DNA from: Phoronis australis
Lineage: Eukaryota; Animalia; Phoronida
NCBI GenBank assembly: GCA_002633005.1
Contig: NMRA01000204.1
Span: 210,564-274,563 of the forward strand
DNA: 64,000 nucleotides
Direction of reading: 5' to 3'
Numbering within the stretch: the stretch's first letter is position 1; every line of letters starts with the position of its first letter. The translations under genes and the position numbers were made by a program. Below the pieces are notes generated by a model. The model had not been told where the DNA came from, did not search any database, and saw only the letters and a list, made by a program, of their open reading frames with translations. This document shows, piece after piece, positions 53,825 through 64,000 of this stretch.

Positions 53825-56599
53825 AATATAGTTTCTGTCATTTTTCAATTGCATTACTTTGCGTAAGGGTGCCCTTATGAAGCCATCAACTCAGTTTCAG
53901 TAACTATGTGTACCTGGAGCTCCTAGCTTTACTTGATGGTATTTGTTCGTCATGCAATAAACCCATCAGTGATCACTGTCCACTTTCCTATCAATATTAC
54001 GTCTCTACATGCTCAGTGATGCCGTTGAATAATGTATTTCCGGGACATAATTGTTGTCTTAAAGTATCCAGGCTGGGTCTTTTTATTATTTACGGAACAG
54101 CTTCTAAATTCCCCTGGGAGAGTTACGACCTTCTAAGTGTCATGAAATGTGGAGTAGCTTGTGTTAATTAAGAACCAGAGTGTGATACTGTTACGGTTTA
54201 TATACCTTTCGATTGATACACCTTTTGGTAATTTCATGCTGAGCTTCATTAACAGGTGATGAATTTTTAAACGATGTAACGAGTTAACAGTTTGTGTCAA
54301 ATGTCCGACTACGTAATTACTGACACAGATCTGTGTGCAGTGTTCAGATAGACCACCTGCACGTGTGACCTTCAGGCTGTTTGTGTTGACGTGTTCTGAT
54401 TAAATGTTCATAATGAAGATGGTAGACAGGTGAAAGTTGTTGTGATAAAACAAATGCTTATTATTCTTCATAGTTATCTTGTTCCACTGTGGCGTTAGGA
54501 TAAGCTAGTATGTTCATTCTCGAGGTGGATTTTCCAGCGGTACTGATGTTTCGTTCAGCCATTTTCGTCTGGCTGGTAACAATTCCTTTTTAGCAGAATT
54601 TTCTTACTATCTTTGAATTGGTTGTCTCTTGATAAAAAACATGGAATTACTGGTCATTACAGCTGAATTTGAAGATGATGCCAAGTGTTCCTTCTGCAAA
54701 ACGGACTTCCTGTGAACGTTGAAAAGAGTTTCATGCATACTTTAGCCTGATCAAAGTGTGTCATCATTCTGTTGCAGCATAAGCTCAATGCATGCTTCAA
54801 AGTCTGGCCCTGGTCCACTGAATTTCAAATACACAGGTTCAGTATCCACCTTGGTGGATGTTGTATGAATAATTCACCCTTGCATGTTGTTTCTAAGGTT
54901 TTCGGGGAAAAAGCCAGCTCATTCTTAAGTCTTCTGGTGATATTTTATCTGGCATCAGGACTTAAGTAGACCAATTACCTACCGCAGATGAAAAAGTTAC
55001 CAAAACCATTCATGTATGGGTATTGGGGATCCGAAACTAAAGCATGTTTTGGCTGATTTGTATCATTTTTGTGTGTGTGATAGTGAATCCAACTCATTTT
55101 GTTATCAGGAATTCAATTTCAAATGTCAATTTGAAAAATCACCAGTTTTACACAAGGACATATCAATTTATTTTAGCCAGTCTGGCTCCATTCTCAGCAT
55201 AAGGCAAGTTACCTGGAGCTCCTTATCATTATATATGATACATTACAGTCACAGCATGAGAAAGTGTTAGCTGTACCCTGCTTATCTAGACAGGGTAATT
55301 TGTTTCTACTGAGATGAATATATTAAGGTAATTTTCCATTTATTTTTCTAAAAAAATAATTTCCTAAATGGTCATTTATTATAGGCTGATTGTGCTGAAG
55401 ACATCCATTATCAAAGTAATAAATGTGACTTGTGCTTTTGCATGATTTTTATGAATTTAAAAAAGCAGTCATACCGAAAATGACCCCGAATTTCAGAGTA
55501 AAAAATTTTGCCAATTTTATTAAGCTAGGCTATTTGGTTTTTTAATGGATTAGTCAATAGAAAACAAACATTATTACAGAGCAAGTTGTGTTTACTATGT
55601 TTACGCAAAGCCATATAGCATCGGGGTGCACATCTGGTACTTGTGGTTTACATCCACTTGTACTGGTAGCCAAAGAGCCTAAGTGCTGTTAGTAATTTGT
55701 TTGTGTTCCATTTTTGGTATACATCTAATGTCATTAACACATGGAAATTTCATGTATTAACTACATCGCAGCATACGCATCTCATAACTGACCCACAGAT
55801 TTCAGGCTGCGTGAACAAACTCAGACCCATACCAGTATTTTTCTAAAATGTATCCTACCAGTGTATGCGTGTTGTTTTACCTGACTGCATTGTGTTGTTT
55901 GTCTATGTTTATTTAAGTATGCTTATGGATTTTCTGTTAAAGTTGCTAGCATCTGGTGTCACTGCCTCCAATCTTTGGTTATGGAATTACCCCATTTCTG
56001 TTCAACTGGTATCCATTTTGCTTACATTAATTGCAATCTGTTTACAGTTTACATTTGTTTATTTCATCTTAAGAATAATACAGGAAGTGATGTAATTACT
56101 GCCTGCAAATCAAAAACATTGTATGCAGGGAAGCTTCACCAACTTTATTTGGTCATTTTCCATATGCCTTTTACTTATCTCGGTAAAATATGAATTGCAA
56201 CTGGGATTATAGCAGTTACAGTGGCTGGTTGCGTGAAACATTCCCTAACGGGCTGGACAATGTTTCCTAAGTTTTCACCACATTTGTGGATCTGTTCTGG
56301 CACCGATTGTCCTTATTCCACTGTTTTATCTTTGTTACTGAATTTTATTGAAAATAAAAGGGACTTAGTAATGAAACATCCCTATTTATGGACTAAGTCT
56401 CCACTTATTTTCAATGACATAAGGAGTCAGTTTTCAGATTATATTAGAAAATGCCTTCAGTGAAAGAAGAACTCAAAATAAAGACGAATCCACAAAATTA
56501 ATGTCATAAGACTAAGAGAGCAATTCAGAGGTGTCCCTATTTGGCACTATTGTCTCCAGCCGACCAATGTTGTTTACAGTAAAATCTCACCAATTTAGG

Positions 56600-56839
56600 A
56601 CACAATAAAAAAATAATTGCAGGCGGTGAGGTACACGTTGTATCAGACATGCAACACCGTGCATGTGGGCCCATTGCATTGATCACCTGGAACCATTTTT
56701 ATGCTTTATTAATGTATAGTTAAAACCAAGGAGCTAGAAACCTGACTCAAGGGTCTAGCAGTGTGGCCCAGTGGCAGGGACTCGAATCACCACCCTCAAG
56801 TAAAGAAAGCGGGCACCTGTCGCACTAGGCCACACTGCT
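56600..56839 (-). mobile_element. tRNA-derived SINE
   Basis: Minus strand box A TGGCCTAGTG and box B GATTCGAGTCC, followed by CCCTTGAGTCAGG (SINE-body-like); 3' boundary approximate. Confidence 0.65.
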
Positions 56840-57470
56840 TTCTCACAGAATAAGTAAGATAGGTGAAATTTTATTTTACCATTTTTATAAACTTGTAGTA
56901 CCAAACTGATGCTTTGCCATAACCAAGCTCTGAACCATAGCTACCAACGGACAAATTTTGGAAAATTTGGGGGCATTCACAACAATGTCAGAGCCTTTTA
57001 ACAATGAAAAAGTTGCAATTTTGGAAATTACTTTTGCACAAAATTAGAAAGGTTCTTTACCATAATGCAACAGGTGAGAATCCACTTTCTATTGAATAGT
57101 GAGTGTCAAAAACAAGTGCATTGGGGGGTTTAACTGGTCAATGGTTTTAGCAGGAGGAAATCTGATAACCTAGGTATTGCCTTTTTTATAACACTGTTTA
57201 ATGCTCCTTGTAACACCGTCTTTGAAAACCGTTGTTTTCAGGTTCATGCTTTGGAGTAGAATCCTTTGTTTAGGTTCGTGCTTTGGAGTAGAATCCTTTG
57301 TTGTTTTTTTTAATGTGGTGAGTTAAGCATTTCTAATTACCCATTGTAAAGCCAGTGGAGTCAGTGGACTGAATGGAATTTATTGGTTGCTTCGTCAAAA
57401 AGATTTGCAACGGCTAATTTGATTTTTCTGGTTTCAAAAGTTTGTGATTTCAGCTTGACCTCATTCAGAT

Positions 57471-57740
57471 GCTGCAGTGTGGCTCAGTGGTTTGTGCTTC
57501 GGACTCCCGTTTGGGAGATCCAGGTTCGAATCCAGGATTTACTGGCAGACAATCGAGCTTTGCACCAAAGTGTCTCCTACTCCTCTGAGCTTGGTTTTAC
57601 CAGTGAATGTATGCATGGGAATGAAGGAGATCCTGATTTAATGTGAAAGCGATTTCTGGGACTGTGCTCACATTTTTATGCTGCGTGCGATTTTTCTTTG
57701 CCAGTGTTGGATCTACAAAATACAAGAAAGAAACTAAGAA
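57471..57740 (+). mobile_element. tRNA-derived SINE
   Basis: Box A TGGCTCAGTGG (57480-57490), box B GGTTCGAATCC (57523-57533), body, and AAGAAAGAAA-type tail. Confidence 0.8.
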
Positions 57741-59339
57741 AATTCTTGCTGACTGTTTGCCTGATCTGAACTGTAGATGTCAAAGTTACAATTAGTAATG
57801 TCTACATTATATGGGTCGAGGGAACCATGAAAAGAAAATATTTCTTGTACAAAACAACTTAAAAATTAGCGGGATTTGAACCCAAGGGTGGCCTCAAATA
57901 GCAAGTGGTTAAGTTCAAATCACATCGTTCCCATATCATTAAAAGCTAATGGGCCCCATTTCATGTACTTCATCAATAGATTTGTACAATTCCAGCTGTC
58001 ATCAAGATGCCAGTTTATCAGGGAATCTGATCTAAGATCATTTTTGGAGGTATGCAATTACCCAAATTTAGGGATGCTTCACCACATTAAAAATAGCCGA
58101 AATTGATGCATTAGATTTTGGTTCTCTGGCACTCATGTTGATGAATGGTTTGGTAACTCTTCCAAGGATGATAGATAGTTGGCCAGTGGTAGCTGTGAGA
58201 AAGGAGCACAAAAGTGCTTAAAGTTGAATCGATTGATACCTGGACTAACCAGGATGTAGAAAACGTATTGTCTGGAAGTTTCAGGTTCAACATTTGTAGA
58301 AACTCAAAGTCCCAGCAAATTTGTGCCCCCTTTCCAAAGTTTTTCCTTGCAGACATTAGCCAGAAGAAATTTTTGGGATTGTTTCAGGCAATTTTCACCT
58401 GGGGTTACTGCAATTGTGATGCGATGGGTGTGTCCATTTAATTACATCTCCTTTGCTAGAAACATCATCGGTGGATCTGAGTTAGCAGTGTTAAATGTCG
58501 TCCAATATTTTGCATTGATCACTTGAGAATTATGAACTTGAAGCAAGTCAAATATCTGCAAACTGAAGAGTTAAACTTGGCAAAGTTTTTTACACCAGTA
58601 GAAAGCACACTGTGTAATTCCTAATACAATTTTGGAGAAGAGTGTATATAAATCTTAACAAGAACAAATTTCATTTGAATCTGACCGTGTCCAGCCACTT
58701 GTGAGAAATGATGTTCCAAACTTTGACATTTTACATGGTTACACATTACAATAAGTTGGGCAAAGTATGGTGATTCACCTGTTCATCGTATCACGTATGG
58801 TGGGAAAAGTGGACCTGAAATTATTTTGTCAATTTCTCAAAATGAGAGCACGGTTTGTAACTGTGCTGATTTCAAAAGACGATAATAAATATTTGTGGCT
58901 GTTGGTAAGACAGCAATGCCTCTGAGAGATAAAAAAGTGACATTTCTCAAAATTCTCTTGGTATGGTTTGTCATGTCCTCGAAAACTCCTCTTCTTAGGA
59001 TTCCTGGGAATGAGCATATTGCTGTGAAGATCAGTTGAATCAAACTGTTAGTGGTTTTTGTAGAATTAATTGCAGAGAAAATGAATATTTTTGAAAAGCT
59101 TTGCCATGAGAATAATTACCTCCAAATAGTGTGTACAGAAGCATAATAGTTATAACAGCATGTCGCCATGGTAATGTTTCAGCTGATTTAAAACTGAACT
59201 ACCTTTAGCAAAGTACTTACACTAATTTCTTTTCCTATTGATTGTTAATTCCAAGTTATTTTTGCAAGTGTTCTGCAAAATATGGGATTGGAAGTTTATT
59301 GATGAGGTAAACCCTGTTTTAGTGTGCCTTAACCATGAT

Positions 59340-59594
59340 GACTCCGTGGTGTAGTGGTTAAGGTGCTGGACTAAAATTATCTGTAGTTTCAGAAGTTGTG
59401 GGTTAAAATCCTGCCTCGGACAAAAATATCACAACACGAGTGTACCACATATCCATGCTCGTTCTTCTAAGAACGTGGGAACACCTGACGATGGCCAGAG
59501 AATAGGCTGACCGAAACGTCGTGACAGTGTAAATAGACAAGAGGTTGGTGTAAATAGACCAAGAGATTTTAATAATAGTAGGTAATTTTACATG
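59340..59594 (+). mobile_element. tRNA-headed short retroelement carrying a Penelope-type hammerhead (SINE/retrozyme-like)
   Basis: Box A TGGTGTAGTGG (59347-59357), box B-like GGTTAAAATCC (59401-59411), TCCG/CGGA acceptor-like pairing, then the hammerhead at 59482-59523. Confidence 0.75.
59482..59523 (+). ncRNA. Minimal type I hammerhead ribozyme
   Basis: CAC-CTGACGA-T-GGCCAG-agaatagg-CTGACC-GAAAC-GTC-GTG: intact core, stem II 5 of 6 bp, palindromic ACGT stem III, GUC cleavage triplet (C59520), 3-bp stem I CAC/GTG. Confidence 0.8.
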
Positions 59595-60145
59595 TATTTC
59601 ACACAAAATAAATTAGGATTATCATTGGGCTGTGCTTGCAATGGTAGTCATGTACGAATTATGCGAGGCAAGAAATTCCCGCCATGTAGCCTCGAGTGAA
59701 ATAAGTGAGGGAGAAAATATTATTTTTCCAAATAGTTTTAGGTGTACAAAATAAGGGGAATGTGCAAAATTAGAGGAGAATTACCATACCTGGCAAATCT
59801 TTATTTTCTATTTTCTAGCTAACACTTTCAACAGTTCACTTCAGTGGATGGGCCTATTCGCATAAAATTTTGCAACCTGATGTTATATTCTATATCCTGG
59901 AGATTTTTCTTTTTAATACCATTCCAATGTGCAATTTAGTGGAAGTTGTTCTCTTATTTTCAGCTAAAATTTGAATCAGATTTTTTTACATTGGGACACA
60001 ATTTAGTCCTTACTCTGAATTCCACCAAATTTGCCTGGATTAGTACTTGGAAATTTTATTCATGATTTATGTATCAGGTTACTTTCTCAATTGATATTGC
60101 GTATGGGATCATATATGTAATATAAAACCAATCTGTTGACACTTG

Positions 60146-60547
60146 GGCACAGTCTCCAATCTTTTTACTCGAAATGGAACTCGAAATTAGGTTTGGCATT
60201 TTCTACTCTACTTTTGGGCGAACTCAAGATAAGTATCTATTATTCTATGCTCGAGTACACAATAACTTATGTAGATAATTTATTGCCCTTAGTTCACAGT
60301 TTGTAAACCCAATATTAAAGCAATAAGTTCGAGTTTGAACTCGAAATTTCGAGTTTTTACTCGAGTTTGTAGCACGAATATAAGGGCCTTCAAGGGCAAA
60401 CTTGAACTAGAAACTGCTATGCATCAACTTATAATGTATTCGAGCACAGTCTCATAACCAATTATCTTAAGTTCGCACAATTGGAGCAGAGAAATTGCCA
60501 AAAATAGTTTCGAGTTCGTTTCGAGTACAAAGATTAGAAACCGGGCC
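60146..60547. mobile_element. Foldback MITE, PIF/Harbinger-like
   Basis: Roughly 90-bp or longer inverted arms (GGC.C.GT.TC.AATCTTT.TACTCGAAA..GAACTCGAAA), many CTCGA subrepeats, 3-bp TSD TTG (60143-60145, 60548-60550). Confidence 0.8.
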
Positions 60548-62079
60548 TTGGGCAATATTGCAGTGTCTGGCTCTTTTCCCAGCGCCTGTAAATAGGAGCC
60601 ACAAAAATACAAGTATTTTGGCAGCCAGCAGGAATCCCTGGGGACATGGTCATGTGTGGAGTTAATCCCATTCATTTTCTTTAGTGAAATATTACCAGGA
60701 TTTCGAAATACATGGGAATGCAGCTTTTGTTGCAGATTTTTTATTTTCTTCCAACGTTGAAAAAATCGGCATTTTAATGCATTAATTAAAAATTTTCAGG
60801 CACTGAGAATTCATAAATATTTATGTTTTCATGGGATGAGAATAAGCAGTTAAAAAGTCAAAGTGATACATCAGTCAGAAGATATAAAAGTAAATTACCT
60901 TCATTGACCAACGATCAGTTCATTTTATCAATTTTCAGACCCCTAATGGAAATATTTGATTTGTTTCTTTGCCATGGTTGTTGACCAAAGTGCGTCAATG
61001 TTAATATTAGTTTCCTGCCATCTTACAATATCATTTTGATGTCATTACGGTACTTTGCTGTTGGTGAACCGTGTAACACATATTGATTATTTAGAGATAC
61101 GTCTACTACCTGCTGTCTTCTACAATATACCTCAACTCTATTTTTTCTCTCATATTAGCTTTGTATTCCGATACGCTGTGTGAAGGCAAACCCTGGTTAT
61201 TGGAGATTTTTGGCATGTCTTATCGGTAAATATTGATATTTAATTTTCACTAATTGTCTACATTTTGTGTCAACAGACCGTGTTGGTTCACCTTTTACTA
61301 AAATGATTGATACATTAGCATGGGTTAACTTTTGATGTATTCTAGACATGTTTGTTTTGAAGGAATAAGTGTTTTCACGTTATGTCAATTAAAGAAATTG
61401 TAAAAATAAGTATTTGTTTCCATGGGAAATTCATCATCAGATCAAATTGCATTATTTTTCACTTCAGAGAAGTTTATAGAGTATCGAATTTTAGTGCAAC
61501 ATTTGTCATGTTGATTACTTTATCTTAAAATTTTCATGAGTAATCTATTTGGCAATTGTCTTTTTCTGCATATCTGATTTTATATCAGTCATGTTGTAAA
61601 TCAGAGGTCATTTCATTTTCATTCTGGCCTGATTGGCCTCCTGTTGCAATCAAGGTGTGCAGCACTTTCCATTGCTGTAGATATCAAACGAATACTGTGT
61701 TCACATGGGGAATTTTCATGTGAACTCAGATGTCACAGTTTATCAAAAGGCTTATCAGAGGTTCACACAGGCTTGGTATCAGCTATCTAACAAGTAATTA
61801 CTGTAACATTACCTTGCAAAATACTAATTATCTGTCCAGTAGTGTGCAATCACCATGTACGAACACAATTGGAATCCAGCATATCTGTCGTCTTGATTTG
61901 GGGGCAGAAGAACTCTGATCAGATGTCTAGCGAGCATTCACATTTGAATGTTTTGGATGACCTTCAGCCGAACATCATTTCTAAGATCCAATGGTCCATT
62001 TACATAAAAATTTGACCTATGTTTACATTGGCACAACATTTTGGTTGGTCGTCTCCCCGTCCATCTTCAGGGTGTAATG

Positions 62080-62420
62080 CGCATATTGTAATCATCTCAG
62101 TCCTGTCCGCAGCTCCTAAACTTCTTGCAGAATCTTCATTTGTGAAATTTGACAGGTTTGATTGTTCCTAATGAACATGATGATGTATGATGACAACATT
62201 TGGACAAATTGTGCTATTGCTGTGCCATCTAGTGCCAGTTTTCTTGCATCAGCTTTTGTATCTGCGAAGTATGAAATTTGGAAGATGTGTGTGTGTGTAC
62301 CAGGGATGAGAAGTCAGCCAACTCCGTCATGTTGTGGACCCCTAGTGGCTCTTAAATGTTTTGGTATCTGTTTTGTGATCATTATGAAATTTGAGAGTTT
62401 TTTTCCTATTGAAACCCTAA
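62080..62420 (+). mobile_element. HINE family fragment
   Basis: GCGCATATTG..TGTCCGCAGCTCCTAAAC..GAAATTTGACAGG..GTGCCATCTAGTG..CCCTAGTGGC. Confidence 0.55.
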
Positions 62421-63844
62421 GTTCACAATTTTGCAATGACACTCATGATTAATCGAAAATGCAAACACTTGTGCTACAGAGATAACAAAGCAATTACACA
62501 ACTAGGCTAGTGCAACAAGTGTTTTATTAGTTTCGTACCAAAAACAATATTTTGCCACTGATGGTTTCATTAAATCTCAGTGCAGGGTGCATCTGCTCAA
62601 GACTATTATTCCCTCAAAGATTCTGATAAATGTAAATAACCTGATATGTGGTTTGTCCCCTTTTCCAGAAAATCCAGTTTTTCCAGAAGTATTTTCATTT
62701 TCAGTATCTTCTTTCTGCTACTGTTGATCATACACTCTTGATATACCTATTTTGGTCAGCATCATTTAATTTAAGCCTGTGTTTTACAATTCTTTCATTC
62801 CTACAAATCTATTGTAAACTGGCTCTGTCAAAATGCCCTGAATTGTTGGATGTCACTTGGCTATACTTCAAAATCTAACTGCCACCTGGTGGTGGTTCAA
62901 AAAGTCACATTTCTTGTCTGATTTTCAAAATTCAAATACCTAATCATGTTTACTTTTCACGAACTATTCAAATGAGCTTTTTAAAAACTTTCAATCCGAA
63001 AATTTATAAATAGTATTGTCGCCCCCCAAAGTTTTTATGATTGGTCTGAGAGAAAACGATAACATTAGTGCGACGCGTAATTAACTACAACAAAATGGTG
63101 TCTTGATGGTCAATGCTGGCAGATTCAGAGGTACGCAAACCGGTTGAGCTTTTCAATCTTGAGTGATGGAGGTGTCAACACAGAATTCTTTTCATGAATC
63201 TCTGCTTGTTGTACAGTGTCTGGTGAGCGCTTTTCATCCTGTTAGCTAATTGGCATACTTTGAGTATTGATGGGGATAAAAGACTTCTGAGAGGCTTAAC
63301 AAGGAACTCTATTGATATCTGGATTTGGAAACTCGGCTGTTGTCTGTCGTTGAAACTAAAAGATTTGTAACATTTTGCCTGACTTTCGTCTAAGTCGCTG
63401 CGAGAATCCTCTGATAATTGAAACAGCTATGAACAATTCCCAAACACATTGGTGTTCTGTTCAATATTGTTTGGTACCCGTGGGACATACATTCTTTTGT
63501 GGGTTCTAGGTGTGTGCATGTGTTCAAAACTACTGCTATCAGCTGTTTTTGTTTGCTGTTTTCCGTTACAGATATCAGATTTTGCTATTATAAATTAATG
63601 CGTTGATATGGCCAGTGACCAACATTAATGTGATGTAAGAGGACTATAATAATTCTTACCTGTGGAGCATGATATGATATAGACCTAGACTGATTAGAAT
63701 GGTGAAAAACGAAATTAAATTGGGTGGGACATGCCTTTAATACCCCTAAAGATTGCAGTGAAATCTGAAATGGAGGACGTAGTCAATTGTGTCAGTTCTT
63801 TAAAACCCAGAAATCATCTGAGTATGTAACAGTAGCTGTTTTTA

Positions 63845-64000
63845 CACGGGGAATAGTTGTCATGGGGAACGGCTGTCACGGGGAACAGTTGTCACGAGGA
63901 ATAGTTGTCACGGGGAACAGTTGTCACGGGGAATAGTTGTCACGGGGAACAGTTGTCACAGGGAATAGTTGTCATGGGGAACAGTTGTCACGGGGAATAG
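63845..64000 (+). repeat. 16-bp minisatellite CACGGGGAA(T/C)AGTTGT, running off the window end
   Basis: About 9.75 head-to-tail copies with no spacers. Confidence 0.95.

Noticed and set aside
54663-54714. AEFEDDAKCSFCKTDF zinc-finger-like peptide after an AG
   Set aside because: Stops immediately, with no second ligand pair and no convincing donor.
57240-57302. Short two-copy tandem duplications here and at 50192-50233
   Set aside because: Ordinary slippage-type duplications.
57471-57545. Genuine tRNA genes here, at 56770-56839 and at 59340-59421
   Set aside because: Acceptor and anticodon arms are incomplete and each head continues into SINE-like bodies.
63845-64000. CRISPR-like array
   Set aside because: Head-to-tail 16-bp units with no unique spacers, in a eukaryotic context with no cas genes.

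Overview
AT-rich eukaryotic (animal, probably marine-invertebrate) genomic DNA that is almost entirely intronic or intergenic. It comes from a heterozygous draft assembly: single-N joins at 20882, 27289 and 29524, and an N gap at 42325-42483. I recognise no host protein-coding gene, rRNA, genuine tRNA or CRISPR array, and nearly all ORF-track entries look spurious. The window is a mosaic of mobile elements. These include a fairly intact 5'-truncated RTE-X-like LINE (19814-21040, minus strand), Penelope-like fragments, tRNA-headed SINEs, several TIR MITE families, decayed LINE and DNA-transposon coding remnants, and about nine copies of a Helentron-type (HINE/DINE-1-like) element. The most interesting signals are: (i) a short element joining a tRNA-like Pol III head to a Penelope-type minimal hammerhead ribozyme (59340-59594), plus a second hammerhead directly upstream of a Penelope-like ORF start (17495-17528); (ii) the HINE family, whose roughly 145-bp internal units each carry a CTCF-like motif; (iii) a candidate TATA promoter and first coding exon at 46716-46792. 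All calls were made by eye; no database search or folding computation was run.
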